Assembly (NCBI GenBank): GCA_020184695.1
Contig: JAANOX010000238.1
Coordinates: 496,001 to 560,000 of the forward strand
Source of the DNA: Histomonas meleagridis 2922-C6/04-290x
Lineage: Eukaryota; Protista; Parabasalia
DNA: 64,000 nt
Direction: 5' to 3'
How positions within the stretch are numbered: the first letter of the stretch is position 1; each line of letters opens with the position of its first letter. Positions 10,301 through 21,742 of the stretch are shown here, one piece after another. The notes under the pieces were generated by a model, which was not told where the DNA came from, ran no database searches, and was given only the letters and a program-made list of their open reading frames with translations. The position numbers and the translations under genes are program-made.

Positions 10301-13300
10301 TATTACCATTTCAAATGGAGAAATTATTTATGTTCATGGATGTATAAAAGGATCATATAAAATAAACAGTAATCCATTATATAATGAATTGTTAAATGAT
10401 TATTTCCCAATAATTGGTTATGATGAGAAAGGTCAATGGTTCCCTGCTTTTACAACTTATCCTGAAATTGATTTAGTTGAATTAGAACCAAAGAATGAAA
10501 GCATTGAAAAAGCAATTGAAATATTAACAATGTTAAAAAGACAATTTGCTGTTAAAAAATACACTGATTTGAAGAATGTTCAAATAAGAAAAAGAGATTT
10601 TTTAAATTTCATCTTTATGTTAATTTTGAAAACTAGAAATAAAATGTTTAGTATAGATAAGTTAATCAAAATATTACCAAATGAACTTCAAGAAATGCTA
10701 CAAAATCAAAATATGTTTCCAATTCCAGAAGGAATTCAGAAAAAAGATTTAATCTTAAAAGTATATGCATGTAATTATATATATAAATTTTATAAAATTT
10801 TTAAAGAAAGATATGAAATATTATCAAAAAGAGATTTCATGTTATATAAAGCTCCATCAAATGAACAAATTAAAGAAAAAATGAAATTACTTCAAGAAAA
10901 ATATTTTCACGTTGAAGAAAATGTTATAAAAGCTAAAAACACTAAGCAACATAATATATCTATAATAAAAATACGAAATTATAATCAAATTATAAAATCA
11001 TTAACAAAAATTCCTTCTGAAGGATCAAAATGTTATCTTCTTAGTGAATTTAAACAACCTGAGAAAAAAGATAATTTCGAAGAAAGAGATATCGTAAAGC
11101 CAATGATAATAAGTCAAGATACATCAATTGATGATTCTAATGATCTTCGATTTGAATTGCCGACAATTATAATACCACAACAAATAGAAAATGAAACAAT
11201 TTCCTCATTAATTCAATTTTATCAATCATGTACTCAAGGCGCAAAAGTTCTTCCATTTTATATTAGAAGTTTAAAGATGTCTTCACTCCAACTTAAACCT
11301 GCTGAAGAATATTTTTCAAAATTAACACAAATATATCGACATCTTCCACTATATGATTATTCATTTATATCACCATATATAAATCAATTTAATGAATCCT
11401 TTAAGTTAATGGCAACTAAATTAAGTAAAGCAGGTGTTGATTTTACTAAAATTAATTTACCTGAAAATACTATTGGTACTTCTGATAAAATATCAAAAGA
11501 ATTTATTTATTTGCCACATAAGAATTCGATTTTCATTGCTCAAGGAAATTGGAAAAACGAAAATATTAAAGAATGCAATCAAAGAATAAATATAATTAAT
11601 CAATCAAATGAGTTACATATGACTGATATGAAAATACAAAATGATAATAAATTACCCGAATTCCAAGAAAATAAAAAAGAAAATGATAGTTCGATTGTAT
11701 ATGAACAACAAAATATTCAAAAATTCGATAATATTAAATATCAAAAAATTATTTCTGATATGCAAAATATAATAAATAAAGAAAAAGATAATAATGAAAA
11801 TGATGATACAGAAAATCAACCAAAAGTATTTTATTCCTTTAATAATGATGATCCTATTAAAGGTGAAGTAGAAGTAGAAAAATTTGATGGAATTGCTTCA
11901 CAATTTACTGAAATTGATGCAATTGTACGAGTTATTAATCGTATGAAAAACATTAAAAATGAAGAAGATAATGTAATTACGAAATCTTATGGATATAATA
12001 TAAGAAATGAATTATTAATTCCTAAATCAAATAATTATACTATAAAAGATCTTATTCAACAAAGTTATTATTTAAGTTCTTCATTTGTTAAAGTTGCATC
12101 AGATTCATCAATTCCATATTCTAACATTTGTGTAAGTATTTTAGTTGATTGTAGTTCATTCATTTCAGATGAAAATAAAATATTTAATATGTTAATCATT
12201 TGTGCTTTAACTTGTGCACTTTCTTCATTAGAAATTACATATTCAGTATCTTTAATTGCAGATGAAAAGTTTAAATGTGTAATTAAATCATTTGATGAAA
12301 GTCATTCATATATTGTTTTACAAAGAATTTTAGATTGTATATTAATTAAAAGATATAAAACTAATTTAATTAACTCAATACAATTTGCTATTGATTCTAT
12401 ACCTGAATCAATACTTAAAACAAGACCAAATGTAGCATTTTTCACATTTACTGATGGTATAGATGAAAATCTTGTTCGAACAAAAGTATGGGCAAAATTA
12501 TCATCAAATCCTAATTATTCATTTGGATTTATTTTCATTAAATCTGAACAAATTATAGGTGATAACTTAAAGTTTATTGAAGAAATTTGGCATAATCTTG
12601 AAAATGAAATAAAATCCATAAAAATAGCTCCAATTAATGCAGAACTTAATGAAGAAATAAATAATTCATTAATAAAAATTTTTGCTAATGTTATGACACG
12701 TGAAGAAAATCAAAAATTACCTTTGAAATATACCGAAATTACATTTGCTGAATTCCCAGAAGATATTCCTGAATTAAATAATCTAAATAATTTCAAAGAA
12801 CTTTTGGAAATAGATTATACTAAATTAGAAGGTGTTTATTCAGGAAGAACAAATGTTTTAAACACTGTTAATAATCATTTTAACAAATTAGAAATGTCAC
12901 ATTATCGAAATAAAACGAATAAAATTAATACAGTTTCAAATATGAAAGATAAAAAAGAATTTGAAACATTTCTTCATGAATTTATTGAAAACAAAAAAAT
13001 TCATAGTTCTTCATTAGATGCAATATTTAAGCCAAATAAAGCATCACAAACAATATTATCTTCGAATGGAACTGATTTTGATATTACTGCATTAATATTG
13101 AACATATTAAATCCTGTTCCAGATCCTTTAATATACTAAGTAGAAAAAGGAGGATTAAAACGTAATTATGACGTAACTATTATCATTGATTCATCTATTT
13201 CATGTTTTAATGAACTTTCGAGTGCACATACGTTACAAACAATTCGAAATCTTTTATCAATATTAACAAATATTGATTTACCAAGTTTCGATTTAATTAT

Positions 13301-15686
13301 TGCAGGTTCACCAACACCGAATATATTATGTTCTGGTGTTAATACATTGGAAGCATTAAATATAAAATCACCACTTTGGGAATCTTTATTTGCAATTTTA
13401 CAAAATCCTAAAAATAATATCGATTTAGCATCAGCTATTCATGCAGCATTTGATTTAAGAAGAATTCGATCCTCAGATCATTCAAGTTTATTATTTGTGA
13501 TTACTGATGGATTATATCAACTAAATGAACGAAAATTAATTATCGAAGAAGTTAATTTATGTGTTCAATATGGAATTAATACAATTGGTATAGGAGTTGG
13601 AATATATCCAAAAGGAATTGAAAACTTATTTTCTCAAGTTGTTTATTCACCAAATCCATCATCTTTATAAAGAGCAATTGCATCACTTTTTGGTGATGAT
13701 CCATTAGATAAACTTGATGAAATACTTCTTATAGAAAGTTCCAAACCTAATTCAGATAAAATTCATAATATAATTAAGGATTTAATTAAAAATCAAAATA
13801 ATTTATCGCCATTTTCTGAACTTAAAAAAGAACTTCATGATATTAAACCAACACTTGATGCATTTTCTGATTTTTATAATGAAGAAAAAGATGTCGGAAA
13901 TGCAGAAAAAGGATTTATAAATCCAACTGGAGAAAACACGGAAATGTTTGTAAAAGATTTCTTAAAAGGTCAAAAGATATTAATAGTAATGTTATGGTCA
14001 AGTGAATTAAGTAAATTAGAATCATCATTTATAGATCCTTGCTTTATAGATCAGTCAAGTGAACCAGGTCGTACAGAATGCATTAAAACAGCAGTAGAAC
14101 ATTTTGGCATTGAGATTAAAGTTGTATTAAATTATTATGATGCAATTAAAGAATTAACAAAACAAACTACACCAGGTTTATGTGATTATTATGCTGTATG
14201 GGTAATATGTGGACCACCATATCCAATATTACCAATACAAAAAAATCCACACACAGATCCAAATTTAGTTGGACAATTTATTGAAGTTTTGATTTTATTT
14301 TGGGAAAATGGCGGTTCAATAGTTTTTTGGGCTGATGGTGATCCACTTTATTATCAAGTGAATTTATTCCTTCAGACAGCACGCTTTAAAGAATTAGGAA
14401 ACAAATGTTCCGAATTAAGAATTGGCGGTGAACATAAAGGAGGAAAAATATTATTTGGAGATAAAACAGGTGAGTTATCAAAGCCACAATCATTTAATCG
14501 AAATCCAAAAGTATTTAAAGACTATCAAAGATTTCCATTAGCTCATAATCTTGGTAAAATATTCGAAGGAATTACAATTTCATATGTACAAAATGAAAAT
14601 AATCTAAAACCATTTATACCATTTACTAGAGATTCATCTGGAGGAATAAGTTCATTATTTTATCCAAGTAATGTAACATTTGGATATGGTGATATAATTA
14701 TTGATTGTGGATTTACTAAATGTTTTACCGAAATTAATAAAGATGGAACATTTAAATACATACAAAATATCGCAGGATGGACTGCAAGACCTGAAATACA
14801 TCAATTAACAGATAGAAATATTAAACCTAAAGATTGGCGTCCTAAAGCAATAAATTATATAATACAAGAAAATGAGATATGGTATGGATTTACTAAAATT
14901 GCAAAACATCGTTTGTTTGCTATTGATTGTTCTGGATCTGTTAAAGATAATGAGTTTTATCATTCCGAACTTCGGAAAATTTTAGAACTTGAATATGAAA
15001 TAGGAGATAAAATATTTCTATGGTCAGATAAAATATGGGAAAAAACACGCGATCAAATGAATAATTTTATGGATCAAAAAGAAGGTAAAAATGGAACATA
15101 TTCGAATCTTATTGTAGATATTGCAGTTAAAGCAGGTGTTGAATATCGTGACCATTTAATCATTGTTACTGACGGTGAAGTTCCAATGGAAACAGTACAA
15201 AAAGGAGATAAAAAAATGGAAAAGAAAAAGATTAAATTTAAACATGTTACAACTTATTTAATTAATGGTAACGATGGAAATAATGTTAATTTATCAGTTG
15301 GAGCTGCGTACAGTAGAGGTTGTCCAAATGAAACATATTTAATTAAAGAGCCAAATGTAAAATTAAAAATATTTGCTTTGATGCAAGAAGATTTGGATAC
15401 ATTAAATGCAATTGGAATGATTACAAAATATAAACAATTTAAGGAAAAATTTAATATGCTTGAAAAAGCAATACAAGCAAAAACAATCGGTACATTTGGT
15501 GACCAAAAATTAAGTGACGATTTGCAATTGTTGAAACAAAGAATTGAAGTTTCAGGAATTCCTGAAAATAAACAGGAAACATTCCATAAAAAATGGAAAG
15601 TTTTGGACAGAATGGCTTCAGGTGCTATAAAAAATGCTTTTACAATTGATACAATAGCAGCTGCTAAATCAAGCACTTCTAATTAA
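7380..15686 (+). pseudogene. Disrupted giant multi-VWA protein gene (possible AAA remnant - beta-rich region - VWA - VWA - GATase-like - VWA), ~2,770 codons
   Basis: Track ORFs 7410, 7595, 8089 and 8946 join by three -1 shifts (overlaps 7568-7712, 8041-8071, 8724-8775). 8946-15686 is one frame with in-frame TAA at 13137-13139 and 13668-13670. VWA motifs: ILVDCSSF...FTDG (12147), IIIDSSIS...ITDG (13188), FAIDCSGS...VTDG (14925). Confidence 0.8.
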
Positions 15687-16164
15687 ATTATGTAAAAATC
15701 TGATTTTTGTTGTGAAGCTTCACAGAGGGGACCATCTTTTTACTCGCTTCTGAGAAAAAAATTCTGTTTGAAAGATTGAATTCGAAATGAAAAACGTTTT
15801 TAGTTAGTTATTATTATCAGATTCAATTTTTTGGGTTCAATGTCGAAATAAACTATTTAAATACAATTTGAAATATTTATTTCTGATATTTACAAATGTT
15901 CGATATAATGCCCGTTTACTAAATTGTACTTAATCGTTTTGCATTCACTCCATCGAAACTTGGTCAAAAAGGGTTCATGCCCATTATATACATCTATTCT
16001 TTTTGAATTCAAGATTAACATCAATTCCTTTTTGTTTCAAAAGTAATTTAAATTACTATTTGTTGCCACATAATCAATAAAATATTTTATTTCAAATTTA
16101 TTTTTTTATTTCAAAAAATCCGACAAAATTAATAATTTATTACACCAATAATATAAGTTATATA

Positions 16165-17610
16165 TTAATTTGAACTTAATGAGTCGAAGCAATTCTTCAA
16201 ACTTTCGAACAATTTCAACGCCTTTTTATTAAATGGCGAATTTCCTTTCGTCAAATCCTCCAATAAACAAAGTGTTTGCTGTCCACATAGCATTGGCTTT
16301 AAGTCGCTAAACGAAATAATAATTTCGATCATTTCCAAACAAATTAATTGTAATATTTGTAATTTCTTATTATTAAATTTTATGTTTTTTATATTTAACA
16401 CTTCGAATATAGTCATGAAAACTTGTGACAAGAAACACGACTTATCTCCGCTTTGCGCTTCATTGAAATTCCTCCAGATATTTAATAAACATGAAATTAA
16501 ATATATCGAAATATCAATTTCATTTCTTTCATCATTTTCATCAGTTGGACAACATGTACATATTAATTTCACCAAATTATTTAAATCCGATTGCATAATT
16601 AACATGGCATCATCAACATAATGTGATAACTTCTCTAAAATAGCAGAAGAATAATAACGAGCTGAAAGTGTTGAACTTTTTGTCTTAGGATTTAAGTTAT
16701 TAAGTAGTAGTGGAATTAATTCTTTCGCATTTGAGTAAAATGAGTGTTTAGAAATGCCTTCATCTAAAAGAGTATTAATATCATTAATATGAACTTGAGT
16801 GGAAATGGCTGCAAGTAAAAATGAGGTGACCCACTTATCGTCTGTATTCAAAAAGTTGTAAAATGGAGGAAGTGTTGATTTTGTTTGCAAAGAATATAGG
16901 AGACGTGAGGTGGTGCGTTGTGATATGATGGAGTCAGAATGTATTAAAGAAGAAAGAGTTTCTTGTGTAATAAGATCATTTGGGATATCAAATGTATTGG
17001 AACTAAGATTAAATAAAGATACAAAAAGATCAAGTGACAAGTATTGGACAGAACAATCACAGTGAAGTGCATGATGAAGAACTTTGGGTAAAGCTGATTG
17101 TACCATGACTGGTGAATACATAGGGAAAAGGCGATAAAGAGTACGAACTGTGTTAAAATGAGCTGGATGACAATCAGAATCAAGCATGGAATATAAAAAT
17201 GCAAATCCGACATTTTTTGAGGATGGTTTGAGTTTTTGGATTTCAATTTGTTCATTTTTGCTTTGCCACTCATCAAGTGACGTATACTGAGTATCTGGAG
17301 AAGGAGGTACAAGAATAGAGGCACAGGCATCACAAATTCTATCTATTGAATTTCCAATTAATGTACGATTTGATGTACATTTGCCGCACATAAGAAGACC
17401 ACAATGACGACAATGATGACGCCTATTGAAATGTGTGAACTCAGCTCCACATAGCATACAGTTGTTGCTAACTGAATCATCCATCCATTTTTCTGCTGAT
17501 GAATGTGTAAATGTTGATGGATCTATCGACGAAACTGATGGAAATTCATCTATCACTGCAAAAAAATTTTGTTCAAGAGAATCAATTGAGTTTTCGTTTT
17601 CTTCTTCCAT
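16165..17610 (-). CDS. FYVE zinc-finger protein with C-terminal helical (ARM/HEAT-like) region, 481 aa
   Basis: WMDD..CMLC...F...RRHHCRHCG..MCGKCT...RICDAC is a canonical FYVE signature. Confidence 0.9.
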   Translation of the reverse strand: MEEENENSIDSLEQNFFAVIDEFPSVSSIDPSTFTHSSAEKWMDDSVSNNCMLCGAEFTHFNRRHHCRHCGLLMCGKCTSNRTLIGNSIDRICDACASILVPPSPDTQYTSLDEWQSKNEQIEIQKLKPSSKNVGFAFLYSMLDSDCHPAHFNTVRTLYRLFPMYSPVMVQSALPKVLHHALHCDCSVQYLSLDLFVSLFNLSSNTFDIPNDLITQETLSSLIHSDSIISQRTTSRLLYSLQTKSTLPPFYNFLNTDDKWVTSFLLAAISTQVHINDINTLLDEGISKHSFYSNAKELIPLLLNNLNPKTKSSTLSARYYSSAILEKLSHYVDDAMLIMQSDLNNLVKLICTCCPTDENDERNEIDISIYLISCLLNIWRNFNEAQSGDKSCFLSQVFMTIFEVLNIKNIKFNNKKLQILQLICLEMIEIIISFSDLKPMLCGQQTLCLLEDLTKGNSPFNKKALKLFESLKNCFDSLSSN

Positions 17611-18117
17611 ATTGTACTTGACAGAGTGAATTGAACGATAGAAAACGCCCAGAAAAAAATAAACGTATTTTTATTGAGGTTCATTTATAAGACATGTGAT
17701 GTAAATTTATTTCGCGATGATCGTTAATTTATCATGAAATACAATTAATCAAATGTCAACATGAAGTCCTAAGACATCTTCTGAAAATTCATAGAATATG
17801 GGCTTCATTAAAATATTATTATCTTCTTATAAAAATGGGGTTTGTATTGAAAATGCATTTTTAACATTAAATTTAATTGAAACATATTTTCAAACTTAAA
17901 AAAAAATCTAAAAGATGAAGTACATTTGATGCTGTCATATATTAATGCGTATTCACTAATGAACAAACGAATGGAAGAAAACCAAAAAGCAAAAGTGACA
18001 ATCAACTGTGAGCATTAGTTTTTTGGGTAAGATAGAGACATTGTGTTTTCAAAAAAAAAATTTCATCTAAAAAAACTATGTAGAATTTATTGAAATAACT
18101 TAATTCCAGCTTCTTCT

Positions 18118-19158
18118 ATGGAAGATTTTTGTAATGGTATTTTATTGTTAAGACATTTATATTATCATTTCTTTTTAATATTTTTTCTTATTCAGTTAAT
18201 TTTTTTATCGAAGGAATCATGTTTAAATAATGTTATATATATTAAAAATATCCAAAACTCAAAAACAAACATAAATATAAACAAAATGTTTTTTATAATG
18301 ATTAGTATGCCTAAAGACATAACTCCGATGTATATGCATAAATTTTTCTCTTTTTCTTTAAACCAAAAAGCTGGATATAAAGCTTCATATATTGATTGGA
18401 AGAATTTCAATATCACTAATAATAAACATATTTTAAATCTTCATTCTCCACAACATTATTCTGATATTGTATCTACAATTCAAACAAACACACGTTATAC
18501 AATAAAAGACATTGATATATTTCGAAAGACATATTTTGCGCTTTCTTATTTTTATTATGAAACAAATTATAGATGGTTTCATAGAGGTACAGTTGACAAC
18601 ATCATAAATGTAAACATCCTTGATGATTTTTATGAATCATTAGAAACAAAATATGATCCACTTATACAACCTGTTGTATTAGGTGGATGCATTCCAAATT
18701 CTGCTACATCATTTCTTCAAGGAGGATCTGGTTATCTTTATTCTAGAAAAGCAGCTGAATTAATACTTCCCATATATGAAAAAATTATTCGATCATGTAC
18801 AGAACATGAAGATGTTTGTCATAATGAATTTATTGGTTACTTAAACATTACTATGGAAGAAGCATCATCACCAAATTTCTTGGGCCATAACTTTTTAGAT
18901 GATGATATAAAGCGTCTAATGAATGAATCATTTGATGATTTACCTAAATGCCCAAAGCCTAAAGTAAAAAATAAAAAAACAAAATGCAAAGAATTCCATT
19001 CACCTGTAAATCAAATTGTCTTTTTGCATCAACACGGTAAAGGAATTAGTGATGTTATTGAGATATGTAAAAAGATATTCTGTATAAAAGATGACTTTGT
19101 CCATTTTTATTTTCCCAAAGGATCAACATCGCCAAAACTCTGCAGATCAACAGATTGA
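18118..19158 (+). CDS. Fringe/galactosyltransferase (GT31)-like type II membrane glycosyltransferase, 346 aa
   Basis: N-terminal hydrophobic segment; WFHRGTVD at the usual WFxxxDDD position; FLQGGSGYLYSRKAA; EHEDV. The start codon is uncertain. Confidence 0.6.
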   Translation: MEDFCNGILLLRHLYYHFFLIFFLIQLIFLSKESCLNNVIYIKNIQNSKTNININKMFFIMISMPKDITPMYMHKFFSFSLNQKAGYKASYIDWKNFNITNNKHILNLHSPQHYSDIVSTIQTNTRYTIKDIDIFRKTYFALSYFYYETNYRWFHRGTVDNIINVNILDDFYESLETKYDPLIQPVVLGGCIPNSATSFLQGGSGYLYSRKAAELILPIYEKIIRSCTEHEDVCHNEFIGYLNITMEEASSPNFLGHNFLDDDIKRLMNESFDDLPKCPKPKVKNKKTKCKEFHSPVNQIVFLHQHGKGISDVIEICKKIFCIKDDFVHFYFPKGSTSPKLCRSTD

Positions 19159-19227
19159 TAATAAATTACATTTTTTGACAAATTTTTAAATAAAATAGAA
19201 AATCGTTTTGTATCACCATTTGTTTAT

Positions 19228-20154
19228 TCAGATGCGGCCCATCTTCTTCATTTCTTCAAAGATGAACTTGCCGAGGTTTCCTGGATGACGAGAAATGCGA
19301 ACGCCAGCGGCTTGGAGAGCAGCATATTTACCTTCTGCAGTACCCTTTCCACCAGAAATGATAGCTCCTGCATGACCCATACGCTTTCCTGGAGGAGCTG
19401 TGGCGCCAGCGATGAAGGTGACAACTGGTTTTTCTTTGGTCAAATGATTCTTAGCAATCCATTCAGCAGCATCTTCTTCGGATTGGCCACCAATTTCACC
19501 AATGAGGATGATACCTTCGGTGTGTGGATCCTCTGCAAATCTCTTGACAACGTCAACGTGAAGTTGTCCTGCAAATGGATCTCCACCAATACCAACAACT
19601 GTGGATTGACCAAGTCCAGCTAATGTTGTTGCATATGAGGCTTCGTATGTGAGTGTACCAGAACGAGAAACAATACCAATTTTTCCTGGTGTATGAATAT
19701 TGGTTGGAATAATACCCATCTTGCAGTGTGTACGTGGTTGAATGATACCTGGGCAGTTTGGACCAATGAGTTCAACTCCCTTTTCTTTGAGAACCTTCTT
19801 AACTTTGATCATATCATGTTGTGGGATGTGTTCTGTGATGCAAACAACAAGGCCAACGCCTGCATTAGCAGCTTCGATCATGGCTGCTGCAGCACCTGAT
19901 GCTGGAACAAAAATAAGAGATGCATTAGCATCTGTTTTAGCAACAGCGTCCTTAACTGAGGCAAAAACTGGCATGCCAGCAACAATTTGGCCAGCTTTCT
20001 TTGGGTGAACACCAGCAACAACTTTTGTACCATATTCACGCATTAAGCGGGAATGGAATTGACCTTGATTACCAATACCCTGAACAACAACACGTGTGTT
20101 CTCGTCAACAAAAAGAAGTGGTTTGTGGAGATTACGAACAGGAGATGCAAGCAT
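19228..20154 (-). CDS. SUCLG1: Succinyl-CoA synthetase alpha subunit, hydrogenosomal
   Basis: [41 protein letters not shown] (catalytic His). The likely start is the ATG at 20154, giving the short leader MLASPVRN. Confidence 0.97.
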   Translation of the reverse strand: MLASPVRNLHKPLLFVDENTRVVVQGIGNQGQFHSRLMREYGTKVVAGVHPKKAGQIVAGMPVFASVKDAVAKTDANASLIFVPASGAAAAMIEAANAGVGLVVCITEHIPQHDMIKVKKVLKEKGVELIGPNCPGIIQPRTHCKMGIIPTNIHTPGKIGIVSRSGTLTYEASYATTLAGLGQSTVVGIGGDPFAGQLHVDVVKRFAEDPHTEGIILIGEIGGQSEEDAAEWIAKNHLTKEKPVVTFIAGATAPPGKRMGHAGAIISGGKGTAEGKYAALQAAGVRISRHPGNLGKFIFEEMKKMGRI

Positions 20155-20158
20155 CTTA

Positions 20159-20170
20159 AATGTGAAGTGG
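20159..20170 (-). promoter_or_regulatory. Inr-like element (CCACTTCACATT) just upstream of the SCS-alpha ATG
   Basis: TCA(C/T)(T/A) core a few nt before the ATG, the arrangement typical of the trichomonad initiator. Confidence 0.6.
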
Positions 20171-20615
20171 TCCCTGTCTCTCAATTTTAACTGAATTGTT
20201 TGGTTCCAGTTATCAAAAAATTAAATCATATAACCGCTTACCACGTCACATGTCTGCAAAAATGTTTTCTTGTTTAATTTTTTCATAGAAGTATTATTGT
20301 GATATTTTTTCCAAAATCATCATCATATTATATAACAAATGCTATGTTAAAGCTAATAATTTTCTAATTTTTAAAGTCAATCTTTGATTCTTATTTGTTA
20401 GTAAGTCATACAAAGGGAAAATTTTTCTTTTATTGTAAAAAACTTAAATTAAAAATAAGAGAGAACAAAAATATTTTTCACAAGAAGATATAAAATCTAA
20501 AATTAATTGATAATAATAGCTCTACACAAAGAATGAAAGATATCGTGAACATAACAGAACAGATTAAATACATGTGAAAGGATATTGACAATTTTGTGTT
20601 TTACTTTAATGATAC

Positions 20616-21113
20616 CTAAACTAAAAGTGGTTTAGCCTCATGAAACATTTCTACATCCGCTACACATGGATCCTGGAATAGCTTTTCTGCATTTCCACCT
20701 TCTACAATGTAATATTCATTTGATAAGAAATTCTTTTTTTTAGCTATTGCCGATGGCTCACATGCTGCATGAACAAGCAGCTTTTTACCATTGAGCTGTG
20801 ATAAGTCTGGCTTGTAGTATTCTTTTAATGAAAAAATTTGGAAGATGTTAGGATTTGAGACAAGATAATCAATTTGTTTTTGTGTAAAGAATTTTTTATA
20901 CCACCCTCTTTGTATCATGTCTTTTGGCGAAAGCTCAATATTGTATTCTGTTTTAAGTGTTCTGATTTGGGTTGAAGATAAAGCTACTAATAAGCGTAAG
21001 TAATACCATCCTAATGGAAAAACCATTTTCATCGAATTTTGAGGAGTAGACATTGCATTTATTCGAACACCATTTCGTGTGGAAAGTGTTGAAGAGCTGT
21101 ATCCCATTCGCAA
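20616..21113 (-). CDS. Orphan ORF (165 aa from TTG), possibly a fragment at the edge of the TE island
   Basis: Open frame with protein-like composition (FPLGWYYLRLL, LLVHAACEP); no family recognised and the start is unclear. Confidence 0.35.
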   Translation of the reverse strand: MRMGYSSSTLSTRNGVRINAMSTPQNSMKMVFPLGWYYLRLLVALSSTQIRTLKTEYNIELSPKDMIQRGWYKKFFTQKQIDYLVSNPNIFQIFSLKEYYKPDLSQLNGKKLLVHAACEPSAIAKKKNFLSNEYYIVEGGNAEKLFQDPCVADVEMFHEAKPLLV

Positions 21114-21742
21114 ATTTTACCGATCGAAAAATTTCGGTTTCTATTACACACATAAAAAAAAGTTAAAAAAGTGACATTTTTAACGGTCGATTCGGCCTTA
21201 AGCCCAAAATGTCAAATTCGATTCGAAATGGGTAATCGCTAAAAAATACTGAAACTTTTTTATAGCATCAATCGTTCAATAGTCAAAATTGAACCAGTAT
21301 TTCGGTTTGTAATTTTATTTTCGTATCAAAAAGTTGAATTGCTTTTTTGTCGGAAAGTTTTGGGTGGTTTTGGCAAGAATGCTTATTATTTGACGCCAAA
21401 AGCTATCGTTCTTGTATCGTCTTTTACCTATCAAAATGAATATAATTAATATTGTAAAGTATTCAATTCCGACTATCGGGAGACCGTTAATGGGACGAAA
21501 TCATATTTTAGCTAGGTAATATAATCTTGGCTGGAGGTACTACTAACGTTATCCGCAAGATGGTGCCTGAAAAAATTCATATATTTAAACGTACTTAGAT
21601 AACTCCATTTAAAAAAAAGTTTACATAAACCCCCATCCCTAGTACACTTTATACTGATCATCTGTCGACGCTCTTATATAGAAAAAGTGCTCCGCGGAGT
21701 CGGGCTACGGCAGTATACAATTTGAGAAAATTTTAAAATTAA

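Noticed and set aside
13137-13670. UAA reassignment or context-dependent stop read-through as an explanation of the in-frame TAA codons (also seen in transposases and the GTPase)
   Set aside because: TAA terminates conserved genes at their expected ends (RPLP2, Rab, LIG1, ATG18), and long intact genes contain no internal TAA. Internal TAAs occur only in sequences that are TE-derived or carry other lesions.
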